A stretch of 64,000 bases of DNA from an uncultured Candidatus Saccharibacteria bacterium (GTDB taxonomy: Bacteria > Patescibacteriota > Minisyncoccia > Phycocordibacterales > JAKAEA01), in NCBI GenBank assembly GCA_964577595.1, contig CAZNZK010000002.1, positions 150,163-214,162 on the forward strand, given 5' to 3'. Within the stretch, counting starts at the first letter, position 1. Each line of letters begins with the position of its first letter. The position numbers were made by a program, and so were the translations under genes. Below the pieces are notes generated by a model. It did no database searches and had not been told where the DNA came from. It worked only from the letters and a program-made list of their open reading frames with translations. Positions 28,269 to 37,026 of this stretch are shown piece after piece.

Positions 28269-28916
28269 ATGAAATCAAAGCCCTCAGCTCAGAAAGCCTC
28301 CCGTAAATTTTTATTGGGTACGAAGCGTGAAATGTCACAAGTCTTCAATGAAGACGGTTCGGTCACACCAGTTACTATTCTCAAAATCAGTCCGATGACC
28401 GTTACCGGCCTCCGCGCCGTTGAAAAGAATGGATACAAAGCCGTGCAAGTCGGTTTCGGTGAGCGCCGCCCAAAAAATATTAACAAAGCTCAACAGGGCC
28501 AGTTTGGCAAGTTGGGTAGTTTTCGCTACGTCAAAGAATTTCGCATTGCTGCCGATACTGATGTTAAGGCGGCAGTGGGGGATAAGGTAGAGGCTACTAC
28601 ATTCGCGGTTGGTGATAAAGTCGCCGTTTCTGGCGTCTCCAAAGGTAAGGGTTTCCAAGGCGTGGTGAAGCGTCACGGTTTCCATGGTGGTCCGCGCTCT
28701 CACGGTCAGAAACACTCCGAACGTGAGCCAGGCTCAATTTCCGGTGGTTTGCGCACCACATTGCGCAGCGGCGTCCGCATGGCCGGTCGCATGGGTGGCG
28801 ATCGTATTACCGTCAAAAATCTTAAAGTGGCCGCCATTGATACGGCTGCCGGCACTATTACGGTAAGTGGCGCTATTCCTGGCCGCCGCGGTACGCTTGT
28901 GGAAATCCGCGGATAA
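28269..28916 (+). CDS. rplC: 50S ribosomal protein L3
   Basis: GYKAVQVG, SKGKGFQGVVKRH. Confidence 0.97.
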   Translation: MKSKPSAQKASRKFLLGTKREMSQVFNEDGSVTPVTILKISPMTVTGLRAVEKNGYKAVQVGFGERRPKNINKAQQGQFGKLGSFRYVKEFRIAADTDVKAAVGDKVEATTFAVGDKVAVSGVSKGKGFQGVVKRHGFHGGPRSHGQKHSEREPGSISGGLRTTLRSGVRMAGRMGGDRITVKNLKVAAIDTAAGTITVSGAIPGRRGTLVEIRG

Positions 28917-28960
28917 TGCTAGTTTAGGGAACCCTCCAGTATCATAAAAGCTCAAATTTA

Positions 28961-29614
28961 ATGAAAACCAAGGTCTACAACCAAAAAGGCAAGGAAGTTG
29001 AGGGTATGGAATTACCCGCCGAGCTTTTTGCTGTTCCTTGGAATGCCGACATGGTCCACCAGGTTGTTACCTCTATGACCAGCGATTCTCGTGATTCTTT
29101 GGCTCATGCCAAAACTCGCGGTGAAGTTTCCGGCGGTGGTAAGAAGCCTTGGCAACAGAAAGGCACCGGCCGTGCCCGTCACGGTTCCACGCGTTCTCCT
29201 ATTTGGGTTGGTGGTGGTACCACTCACGGCCCTCGCCACGAGAAGAATTACGCCCGCAAGGTTAATAAGAAAATGAAGAATAAGGCCCTTCGCGCCATTC
29301 TTTCCCGTAAACTCAAAGACGGAGAGGTTCTTTTTATTGACGCTATCACTTTTGCCGAGCCGAAGACTAAAATCGCTCGCGAAGTCTGGGGCGCTTTCGC
29401 TGGTATTGCCGGCTTCGAGCGTTTGGCCACTAAAAAAATCAATGCCGCTTTCATCGTTTTGCCGAATAAAGACAAAGCCGTAGAAAAAAGCTTCAGTAAT
29501 TTTGGTAACGTGGAAGTTGGTGAAGCTCGCAACCTCAATCCGTTCAATCTCCTCAATCATAAGTTCTTGATTGTCGCCGATCCGAAAGAGTCTTTTAAAA
29601 TGATTCCGCAGTAA
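28961..29614 (+). CDS. rplD: 50S ribosomal protein L4
   Basis: KTRGEVSGGGKKPWQQKGTGRARHG. Confidence 0.97.
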   Translation: MKTKVYNQKGKEVEGMELPAELFAVPWNADMVHQVVTSMTSDSRDSLAHAKTRGEVSGGGKKPWQQKGTGRARHGSTRSPIWVGGGTTHGPRHEKNYARKVNKKMKNKALRAILSRKLKDGEVLFIDAITFAEPKTKIAREVWGAFAGIAGFERLATKKINAAFIVLPNKDKAVEKSFSNFGNVEVGEARNLNPFNLLNHKFLIVADPKESFKMIPQ

Positions 29615-29632
29615 AATAATTTTTATACTCAT

Positions 29633-30001
29633 ATGGCACTCTTCGGCTCAAAAAAGAAAAAGGATACAAAGGAGGCAGAAAAAGCTGTTGCGGCTGTTGC
29701 TAAAGCTGCCGCTGGCGATGCTTCTTTTGACCTCTCAAAAATCATTCGTGGCCCTCGCATCACTGAAAAAGCTAGCCGCGTGGCCGAGCAAAATGTCTAC
29801 GTTTTTAATATTGACCCCGCCGCTAGCAAGAAGGCAGTAGCTTTCGCTATTGAGGCTCGTTACAACGTTGTGCCGTTGCGCGTGCGCACGGTTAACATGA
29901 AGCGCAAGCAGGTGGTCAGCCGTGGCAAGAAGGGTATGGTTGGCGGTGGCAAAAAAGCCTATATATACCTTAAAGCTGGCCAGACCATTCAACTTACATA
30001 A
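29633..30001 (+). CDS. rplW: 50S ribosomal protein L23
   Basis: PRITEKA, KKAYIYL; operon position. Confidence 0.93.
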   Translation: MALFGSKKKKDTKEAEKAVAAVAKAAAGDASFDLSKIIRGPRITEKASRVAEQNVYVFNIDPAASKKAVAFAIEARYNVVPLRVRTVNMKRKQVVSRGKKGMVGGGKKAYIYLKAGQTIQLT

Positions 30002-30006
30002 ATTCC

Positions 30007-30858
30007 ATGAAAACCTACCGCCCCTATACAAAGTCTCGCCGTCAAATGTCCACGCCTTCTTTCAAGAAGACGCTGACTGCTTCTGAGCCGCACAAGGCTC
30101 TCACTAACGGCTTTAAGCGCATGATGGGCCGCGCTGGTGGCTTCATCACCACTCGCCACAAGGGTGGTGGCCACAAACGCCTTTTCCGCGATGTTGATTT
30201 TACTTATAACAAAATTGATGTTCCGGCGAAAATCGCCACATTAGAATACGACCCTAATCGCACCGGTTTCATTGCCCTCGTTCATTACGCCGACGGTGCA
30301 AAGCGCTATATTCTCGCACCGAAGTCCATGAAGGTAGGGGACACCTTCCTTGTTTCCGAGAAAGCCGAAATTAAAATCGGCAATCGTTTACCGCTCAAAA
30401 ACATTCCCGTTGGCACGTTCGTTTACAATATTGAACTCAAGCCAAAAGGTGGTGGCAAAATCGCCCGTTCCGCCGGCAACTACGTTGAAGTGGTCGCCCA
30501 AGACGCCGGTTATACCCACCTCAAGATGCCTTCAAGTGAAATTCGCCGCGTTATGGATGCCTGCTGGGCCTCTATAGGCGAGGTTTCTAACGATGAAAAC
30601 CGCTTGGTGGTCATCGGCAAAGCCGGTCGCTCACGCTGGCTCGGTATTCGCCCTACAGTTCGTGGCACAGCCATGAACCCCGTTGACCATCCGCACGGTG
30701 GCGGTGAGGGTCGCCAAGGCCGCGGTCGCCGTCGCGCCATTTCTACCTATGGCAAGCCAACCGGCAAGGGCCAGAAGTCCCGCCGGGTCAAGAAATACTC
30801 TCGTAATCTCATCGTTTCCCGCCGCAAGGTTGGCAAGAGTCGCACCGCTACTTCCTAA
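30007..30858 (+). CDS. rplB: 50S ribosomal protein L2
   Basis: EYDPNR, RGTAMNPVDHPHGGGEG. Confidence 0.98.
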   Translation: MKTYRPYTKSRRQMSTPSFKKTLTASEPHKALTNGFKRMMGRAGGFITTRHKGGGHKRLFRDVDFTYNKIDVPAKIATLEYDPNRTGFIALVHYADGAKRYILAPKSMKVGDTFLVSEKAEIKIGNRLPLKNIPVGTFVYNIELKPKGGGKIARSAGNYVEVVAQDAGYTHLKMPSSEIRRVMDACWASIGEVSNDENRLVVIGKAGRSRWLGIRPTVRGTAMNPVDHPHGGGEGRQGRGRRRAISTYGKPTGKGQKSRRVKKYSRNLIVSRRKVGKSRTATS

Positions 30859-30871
30859 TAGTAAAATACTA

Positions 30872-30908
30872 ATAAAAAACCGCCGAGAATTTTCTCGGCG
30901 GTTTTTAT
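30872..30908. terminator. Bidirectional intrinsic terminator after rplB
   Basis: AAAAAACCGCCGAGAA-tt-TTCTCGGCGGTTTTT. Confidence 0.85.
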
Positions 30909-30924
30909 AATCACGTTTTTGTTT

Positions 30925-31458
30925 TTATATCCCTGTCATACCGCCGGCAAAAATGATAACCCAGCATCCGACAAAAAAGAGGGCAAAAGCGACAAATAAA
31001 GAAACGGCTACTGTGCCGAATATCCTTATAATGGTATCAGGTACTTCTTTTGCCATGCTGTTATAAGGTTGCGCTCCTTTTGTAACGAGGTATGCAGAAA
31101 TGTATGTGGCCAAAACTGGTAACACTAAATATAAAACAAAACCCCAAAGCGTTCCAAAAAGGGAAAAAATCTGAATATTTTGTCCGAAAAAATAAGGAAT
31201 TACAAACAGCATCTGCAGTGCGATAGCTCCTCCAAAAACAATCGCCCGTTTCTTACTTTGGTATTTTTTAAGAACACTTTTGTTCTTGGCTATATCGGCT
31301 ATAGCTGTGGTGGCAGGGACTTTTGCTAGGGTGGCTAAGGCCTCAGTAATATCTTTCTCGTTCCAACCGCTTGCCATGAGCGTTGTTTTCAGAGTATCGT
31401 CGGGTGTATTTTTTGCTCGTTCAGCTTGGATATACTGGATCAGGTCGGGCGTAATCAT
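30925..31458 (-). CDS. Hypothetical membrane protein (small helical N-domain + 3 TM)
   Basis: LIQYI...LMASGWNEKDITEAL followed by hydrophobic segments. Confidence 0.7.
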   Translation of the reverse strand: MITPDLIQYIQAERAKNTPDDTLKTTLMASGWNEKDITEALATLAKVPATTAIADIAKNKSVLKKYQSKKRAIVFGGAIALQMLFVIPYFFGQNIQIFSLFGTLWGFVLYLVLPVLATYISAYLVTKGAQPYNSMAKEVPDTIIRIFGTVAVSLFVAFALFFVGCWVIIFAGGMTGI

Positions 31459-32194
31459 GGTTTTTGTAGCGTTTAATAAAGTATATGAAATAGTATATCA
31501 CGAGGGCGGCGGCCACTAATTGAATGGCAGAAAGCCCGTGCCAGAGCGGATTAAGGGGTTTAATAAACTCCACAAAGAAACGCCACAGTGCATAACTAAA
31601 TACAAAAATGCTAAAAAGTTCGCCCTCTTGTAAGACCTTCTTTTTCTGGATGTAGAGGAGAAAAAACCAGATCAAAATCAGAAAAAGAATTTCATAAAGT
31701 GACGTCGGGTGTCGCGGAATACCATCACCCTGGTTAAAACACCAAGGTAAATTACAAGGCAGGCCCACAGTGCCGTCGCTAACACCCTTTAAAAAGCAGC
31801 CGATTCGGCCTATGATAATCCCAAGAAGTAGGGGATACACAAACAAATCTCCCGTTTTTCTTTGTATTCCCAAAACTTTCTTTACAATTTCAACGCCCAC
31901 CAAGCCGCCAGCAATACCTCCTGCAATAGTTTGGTCGCTTATGTAATAGAGCCAGGTTGAGGCATGGAAAAATAAAGTGGGATTCTCCAGGGCGGCAACT
32001 ATTCTTGAGCCTATAAGTGCGCCTATAAAAAGACCGGCAATGATAAGGGATTCAGTATTGGGCGGGAGCGGCGTTGGGCCAGACTTTTTAAGGTGTAAAA
32101 AGTAGAGGTAGGCAACAATGAGTCCTAAAATCTCAAAAACTGGGTGTGAAGGGATTATTAGTGCACCGAAATGAAAATCGATCGGAAACGTCAT
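31421..32194 (-). CDS. Prolipoprotein diacylglyceryl transferase (Lgt)-like protein
   Basis: IGRIGCF, RHPTSLYE, RFFVEF; TIAGG replaces SFHGG. Confidence 0.8.
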   Translation of the reverse strand: MTFPIDFHFGALIIPSHPVFEILGLIVAYLYFLHLKKSGPTPLPPNTESLIIAGLFIGALIGSRIVAALENPTLFFHASTWLYYISDQTIAGGIAGGLVGVEIVKKVLGIQRKTGDLFVYPLLLGIIIGRIGCFLKGVSDGTVGLPCNLPWCFNQGDGIPRHPTSLYEILFLILIWFFLLYIQKKKVLQEGELFSIFVFSYALWRFFVEFIKPLNPLWHGLSAIQLVAAALVIYYFIYFIKRYKNHDYARPDPVYPS

Positions 32195-32228
32195 GTGTGT
32201 ATTATAGGCTATTTGCTATACTGCGCAT

Positions 32229-32762
32229 ATGAAAACATCTCTTAGGTACGCCTTAATTCTAATTGCGGTAGTCATTATTGCCGTAGTGGCTTTTATCTAT
32301 ATTCAAAATTCTTCTCCTATGGCCATATCCACTACGCCGCCTTCTTCCACCACCACGACTCCTCCTACCCAAAACGTCTACACTAATTCTCAGTATGGTT
32401 TCCAAATGACCTTCCCGGCCTCGTGGAACGGGTTCACCATTGCTACAAGTTCGTGGACGGGAAATAGAATAGACGGCGTTGAGACTTTTGCCGCTTATAC
32501 TGGCCCCAGAGTGACTTTTAAGAATCCGCAAACCACGCCGCAACAGGAGTGGCAGGATATTCCCATTATGGTTTTTACGCCTTCCCAGTGGGATTTGGTA
32601 GAACAAGAAAAGCTCGCGGTCAGCGCGGCTCCTATCGGCCCAGCTAAAGTAGGGGAGAATGCACAATATATCTTTGCCACACCGCCACGTTGGTATGGTT
32701 TTACTGATGCTACGGGCACAGCAGAAGCAGTAGGTATAGTGGAAACATTCAAAGCTTTTTAG
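32229..32762 (+). CDS. Membrane-anchored exported protein (PsbP-like)
   Basis: N-terminal TM, S/T/P linker, YTNSQYGFQMTFPASW. Confidence 0.7.
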   Translation: MKTSLRYALILIAVVIIAVVAFIYIQNSSPMAISTTPPSSTTTTPPTQNVYTNSQYGFQMTFPASWNGFTIATSSWTGNRIDGVETFAAYTGPRVTFKNPQTTPQQEWQDIPIMVFTPSQWDLVEQEKLAVSAAPIGPAKVGENAQYIFATPPRWYGFTDATGTAEAVGIVETFKAF

Positions 32763-32791
32763 AAAAGAAAGCTTTCTATAGAAGGCCTTTA

Positions 32792-32820
32792 TTGACAGTT
32801 TAAAGCCATTTTGATACTAT
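32792..32820 (+). promoter_or_regulatory. Internal promoter for rpsS-rplE
   Basis: TTGACA-17bp-TACTAT with TG extension. Confidence 0.8.
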
Positions 32821-32856
32821 GCTTCAACCTGATTGCAGGTTTTATTTTGCTTTAAA

Positions 32857-33219
32857 ATGTCTCGATCACTCAAAAAAGGCCCATACGTTGATGCAAAGTT
32901 GCTCAAGAAAATCGCCGGCAAGAAGCCGGGTACTTCAACGCCGATTAAAACCTGGGCTCGTGCTAGCCAAATTCCTCCTGAATTCGTTGGTTTTATCTTT
33001 GGCGTTCATAACGGTCGTGACCACGTAGAAGTGCTTGTTACCGAAGAAATGGTTGGTCACCGCCTCGGTGAATTCTCATTGACCCGCAAGTTCGTGAAGC
33101 ACGGCGGTAAAATGCAGAAGGAATTGGAGCAGAAGGCCAAGGAAGCCGAAATGGCCGCCGCCGCAGGCGCTAAAGCCGCGGTTGACGCTAAGAGCAATAC
33201 CGCTCCTGCTAAAAAATAA
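32857..33219 (+). CDS. rpsS: 30S ribosomal protein S19
   Basis: [27 protein letters not shown]. Confidence 0.97.
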   Translation: MSRSLKKGPYVDAKLLKKIAGKKPGTSTPIKTWARASQIPPEFVGFIFGVHNGRDHVEVLVTEEMVGHRLGEFSLTRKFVKHGGKMQKELEQKAKEAEMAAAAGAKAAVDAKSNTAPAKK

Positions 33220-33227
33220 TCAATTTT

Positions 33228-33608
33228 ATGGCCACCGCTACTCTTTCCAACTATCGTCAGTCGCCCCGCAAAGTGCGTGTGGTCGCCGATTTAATCCGTG
33301 GCAAAAGCTTAGTGGCCGCTAATGCTCAATTGGCTTTCTTGCCGAAGCGTGCCGCCGGCCCCCTTTCTAAGCTTCTCGCATCTGCTTTGGCCAATGCTAA
33401 AAACCTTGACTCTGCTGTTACTGCCGAAACCCTTTATGTAAACGAAATCCGCGTTGACAAAGCGCCTACTGCCAAGCGCATCATGCCTCGCGCTCGTGGC
33501 TCAGCTTCCCGTATCAACAAGCGCTCTAGCCATGTTTTTGTCACGCTTGGTCCAGCGCCTGTTAAGAAGGCAAAGAAAGAGCGTATCGTTAAAGAATCAA
33601 CCAAATAA
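33228..33608 (+). CDS. rplV: 50S ribosomal protein L22
   Basis: SPRKVRVVADLIRGK, PRARG, KRSSH. Confidence 0.97.
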   Translation: MATATLSNYRQSPRKVRVVADLIRGKSLVAANAQLAFLPKRAAGPLSKLLASALANAKNLDSAVTAETLYVNEIRVDKAPTAKRIMPRARGSASRINKRSSHVFVTLGPAPVKKAKKERIVKESTK

Positions 33609-33609
33609 C

Positions 33610-34317
33610 ATGTCCCACTCCGTTCATCCATTTTCCCACCGCCTCGGCATCCTTCGTGATTGGAAATCTCGCTGGTTTACGTCCGACAAAAAGTATCGCG
33701 AATTTTTGCGTGTTGACGTGCTTTTGCGCGAGTATCTTTGGAAGCGCTTGCGTGGTATGTACGTTGCCGACATTATTATTGAGCGCAGTGAAAAACACAT
33801 GCGCGTTATCATCAGCACGTCTCGCCCCGGCATGATCATTGGTCGCAGTGGGGAAGGTGCTACAAAGCTTCGCAACGATATTGCTGAATTCATCAAGAAT
33901 CTCAAGCCGCAATTTGCTCAGGAGCTCAAGGTTGATATTCAGGAAGTGCGCTCGCCAGAATCCAATTCCGCTATTGTCGGCTACATGATCGCCGAAGGAT
34001 TGGAGAAGCGTTTGCCGTTCCGCCGTGTGATGAAGCAAATGATTGATAAAGTCATGGCTAATCGTGACGTGAAGGGTGTGCGTATTGATCTTGGTGGCCG
34101 CCTTGGTGGTGCCGATATGGCCCGCCAAGAATCGCTCAAAAAGGGCCGTATTCCTCTGCAAACTCTCCGTGCCGACATTGATTTCGCCCGTGAGAAAGCG
34201 CACATGACCTACGGCGATATTGGTATTAAGGTGTGGATTTACAAGGGTGAAATTTTCGCCGCCGCAAACAAGCCGGCCGCTGCACATTCTTCTGTCCCTA
34301 AAGCTCCCCAAAAATAA
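33610..34317 (+). CDS. rpsC: 30S ribosomal protein S3
   Basis: RPGMIIGR, GRLGGA, PLQTLRADID, GIKVWI. Confidence 0.97.
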   Translation: MSHSVHPFSHRLGILRDWKSRWFTSDKKYREFLRVDVLLREYLWKRLRGMYVADIIIERSEKHMRVIISTSRPGMIIGRSGEGATKLRNDIAEFIKNLKPQFAQELKVDIQEVRSPESNSAIVGYMIAEGLEKRLPFRRVMKQMIDKVMANRDVKGVRIDLGGRLGGADMARQESLKKGRIPLQTLRADIDFAREKAHMTYGDIGIKVWIYKGEIFAAANKPAAAHSSVPKAPQK

Positions 34318-34340
34318 TTTGGCAATTTTCATCAACTACC

Positions 34341-34766
34341 ATGCAATTCTTTCCTAAAAAAGTTCTTCACCGCAAATGGCACACAATGCGCCGCAACCCG
34401 AAGCGTTCAATGGTTGACACTCGCGGTTCTCGCCTAGCCTTCGGTTCTTTCGGCCTAAAAGCCACCACAGAGGCACGCGTTCGCTCTAATCAGGTAGAAG
34501 CTGCTCGTAAGGCAATTGCGCACCTCCTGGGCAAAAACGGCAAAACCTGGGTCCGTATTTTTCCAGACATGCCTTTCACTCAAAAGCCGGCTGAAGTAAA
34601 GATGGGTAAAGGTAAGGGCGAGCCTGCCGGTTATCAAATCCAAGTATGGCCGGGCCGTATTATGTTTGAGGTTGATGGTATCGAAGAGGTCACCGCTCGT
34701 GAAGCTTTGCGCAAAGCTGGCACCAAATTGCCGGTAAAAACCAAAATCGTTAGCCGCGCTCGCTAA
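34341..34766 (+). CDS. rplP: 50S ribosomal protein L16
   Basis: QVEAAR, RIFPD, MGKGKG, KLP. Confidence 0.97.
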   Translation: MQFFPKKVLHRKWHTMRRNPKRSMVDTRGSRLAFGSFGLKATTEARVRSNQVEAARKAIAHLLGKNGKTWVRIFPDMPFTQKPAEVKMGKGKGEPAGYQIQVWPGRIMFEVDGIEEVTAREALRKAGTKLPVKTKIVSRAR

Positions 34767-34777
34767 TTTATAAAAAT

Positions 34778-34957
34778 ATGTCCGACTTCGCCGCCAAAAC
34801 CGAACAAGAATTGAAAAAGCTCATTACTGAGAAGCGTAAACAGCTACAGGAATTTCGTTTTAATGCTTCCAGCACCAAAAGCCGTAACGTTAAAGAGAGC
34901 CGCAATATCCGTCGCGATGTCGCCCGAATTTTGACAGAACTCAATAGAAAAGGGTAG
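34778..34957 (+). CDS. rpmC: 50S ribosomal protein L29 (59 aa; not in the ORF track)
   Basis: Manual translation MSDFAAKTEQELKKLITEKRKQLQEFRFNASSTKSRNVKESRNIRRDVARILTELNRKG*; between rplP and rpsQ. Confidence 0.93.
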   Translation: MSDFAAKTEQELKKLITEKRKQLQEFRFNASSTKSRNVKESRNIRRDVARILTELNRKG

Positions 34958-34981
34958 AATGCCACGCTTACTATAGAAATC

Positions 34982-35311
34982 ATGACTCCAGCCAAAACCA
35001 CAACCGAAAAGCCTGTTGAAATCGCCATCCACAAGCGTTTCACTGGAATCGTGGCTTCTAATAAGATGAAGGATACTATTGTGGTGGTTGTGGAGCGCTT
35101 TGAAAAACATCAGAAATATCAGAAATATCTCCGTTTGCGTAAGCGTTTCAAAGTTGACGACAAGGGGAATACTGCCAAAGTGGGCGATCAGGTCATCATT
35201 GAGGAAACAAAGCCTATTTCCAAAGAAAAGCATTTTAAGCTCGTTGAGGTTTTGGTTCACACTGAAAATGATGAAGTTGAATTGCCGATACCTGAAGTAG
35301 CCGCCGAATAA
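34982..35311 (+). CDS. rpsQ: 30S ribosomal protein S17
   Basis: GIVASNKMKDTIVV, GDQVIIEETKPISK. Confidence 0.96.
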   Translation: MTPAKTTTEKPVEIAIHKRFTGIVASNKMKDTIVVVVERFEKHQKYQKYLRLRKRFKVDDKGNTAKVGDQVIIEETKPISKEKHFKLVEVLVHTENDEVELPIPEVAAE

Positions 35312-35328
35312 AGTTATTATAGAATTTT

Positions 35329-35703
35329 ATGATCCAACCCCGTTCCATTGTGAATATTGCCGACAACACCGGCGCCAAAATTGGCCGCATTTTTAAGGTG
35401 CTCGGCAGTTCTAAGAAGCACTACGCCGAAATCGGCGAGCTCGTTGTTCTTTCTGTGCAGAAAGCTGAGCCTCGTAAGCAGGTTAAGAAGAAAGACGTTC
35501 TCAAGGCCGTTGTAGTGCGCCAGCGCAAGGCTTTTCGTCGCAAGGATGGTTCTTATATTCGCTTTGACGACAATGCCGTGGTTATCGTGACCCAACAGAA
35601 GAAGGACTACATTCCGATGGGTGGCCGCGTTTTCGGCCCGGTACCTCGCGAGCTTGCCGAGCGTTTCCAGCAAATTACCACCTTAGCGCCGGAAGTCGTT
35701 TAA
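35329..35703 (+). CDS. rplN: 50S ribosomal protein L14
   Basis: ADNTGAK, IRFDDNA, FGPVPREL, LAPEV. Confidence 0.97.
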   Translation: MIQPRSIVNIADNTGAKIGRIFKVLGSSKKHYAEIGELVVLSVQKAEPRKQVKKKDVLKAVVVRQRKAFRRKDGSYIRFDDNAVVIVTQQKKDYIPMGGRVFGPVPRELAERFQQITTLAPEVV

Positions 35704-35719
35704 TTTTCACCCTACTACT

Positions 35720-35938
35720 ATGCACGTAAAAACAGGCGACACCGTAACAGTCATCACCGGCAAAGATAAGGGCCGTAGTGGTAAAATCACTCGCGCTTTT
35801 CCAACGAGCAATAAAATTGTTGTTGAAGGCATCAACATGAAAAAGCGTCACGAGCGCTCCCGCAAAGAAGAGGGAAAGGGCCAAGTCATTGAAAAGCCGG
35901 CTCCAATTGACGCTTCTAACGTCCGCAAAAATTCTTAA
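35720..35938 (+). CDS. rplX: 50S ribosomal protein L24 (short, 72 aa)
   Basis: KOW motif GDTVTVITGKDKG, VEGIN, IDASNV. Confidence 0.95.
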   Translation: MHVKTGDTVTVITGKDKGRSGKITRAFPTSNKIVVEGINMKKRHERSRKEEGKGQVIEKPAPIDASNVRKNS

Positions 35939-35961
35939 TCCAGCTCCATTTTCTAACTACC

Positions 35962-36579
35962 ATGGCCACCACATTTACTAAAGAAAAATCAGCATCCACC
36001 TTTGCTTCGTTGAAGGGAAAGTTTGGCTGGACCAACCCCATGCAGGCTCCGCGCCTTATGAAAATCGTTGTCTCCGCCGGCGTTGGTTCACAAAAAGACA
36101 AAAAGAAACTTGAGCTCATTGCTGATCGTTTGGGAAAAATCACTGGCCAGAAAGCCGCCCCTCGCGGTGCCAAGCAGGCCATTTCCAACTTCAAAACCCG
36201 CCAGGGCGACGTTGTAGGCTATCAGGTCACGCTCCGTGGCGCTCGCATGAACAATTTTCTTGATCGCCTCGTTAACATCGCCCTCCCTCGTACCCGCGAC
36301 TTCCGTGGCCTTTCTCCGAAGGGGATTGATAGTATGGGCAATTACACTCTCGGTATCCGCGAGCACATGATTTTCCCGGAAACTGCCGATGAGGATATTA
36401 AGGACGTTTTTGGCCTCGCCATCACGCTCGTAACCACTTCTCACTCTAAAGCTGAAGTTCAGGCTTTCCTTGAGCACCTCGGTATGCCACTCAAGAAAAC
36501 CGATACCGGCCCCGATTTGGAACTCGCCGCCAGCCACGCCTCCCGCGAGAAGAAGCCAGCTAAGAAAGCAAAGAAATAA
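35962..36579 (+). CDS. rplE: 50S ribosomal protein L5
   Basis: ITGQK, VTLRG, LPRTRDFRG, IFPE. Confidence 0.97.
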   Translation: MATTFTKEKSASTFASLKGKFGWTNPMQAPRLMKIVVSAGVGSQKDKKKLELIADRLGKITGQKAAPRGAKQAISNFKTRQGDVVGYQVTLRGARMNNFLDRLVNIALPRTRDFRGLSPKGIDSMGNYTLGIREHMIFPETADEDIKDVFGLAITLVTTSHSKAEVQAFLEHLGMPLKKTDTGPDLELAASHASREKKPAKKAKK

Positions 36580-36615
36580 TTTTACCCTAGTCTCAAAGTA
36601 GGGTAGTATAGAAGT

Positions 36616-36963
36616 ATGAAATTTTGGGCTATTGCGTTAATGCTGATTTTCTTACTCGTGGCCACGGTTGGCTTTGCTGTAATGTGTCAGGATATGGGCA
36701 TGACTGGAGGAATGATGGCCAGTTACCACATTTCTATTTATCAAGCCTTCACAAATGTTACGGTGGCCTCGTTTACATTCTGCCTAGCTCTTTTCGCACT
36801 TATTCTTGTCGTTTTTTTAAATATCGCCAGCTCACTTGTTGATGATTTACTGGTATCTCTTAATACATTTTCCAGATGGATTGTTCCCGATATTCTTTCT
36901 GTTTCAAAAAGAAAAATAACGCATTTTCTCGCGCTTTTAGAGAATAGTCCTTCGTTGGCATAG
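36616..36963 (+). CDS. Met/Cys/His-rich small membrane protein upstream of the copper genes (candidate leader/sensor)
   Basis: TM-MCQDMGMTGGMMASYH-TM...HFLALLENSPSLA; leaderless TAGTAT-6nt-ATG. Confidence 0.65.
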   Translation: MKFWAIALMLIFLLVATVGFAVMCQDMGMTGGMMASYHISIYQAFTNVTVASFTFCLALFALILVVFLNIASSLVDDLLVSLNTFSRWIVPDILSVSKRKITHFLALLENSPSLA

Positions 36964-36990
36964 CGCCCGGCTTTGTAGCTCGGGTTTTTC
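36964..36990 (+). terminator. Hairpin plus T-run immediately after the stop of 36616-36963
   Basis: GCCCG-GCT-ttgt-AGC-t-CGGGT-TTTT. Confidence 0.55.
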
Positions 36991-37026
36991 TGTTGATTTT
37001 TATTTCATTTGCTATGTCTTTATTCT

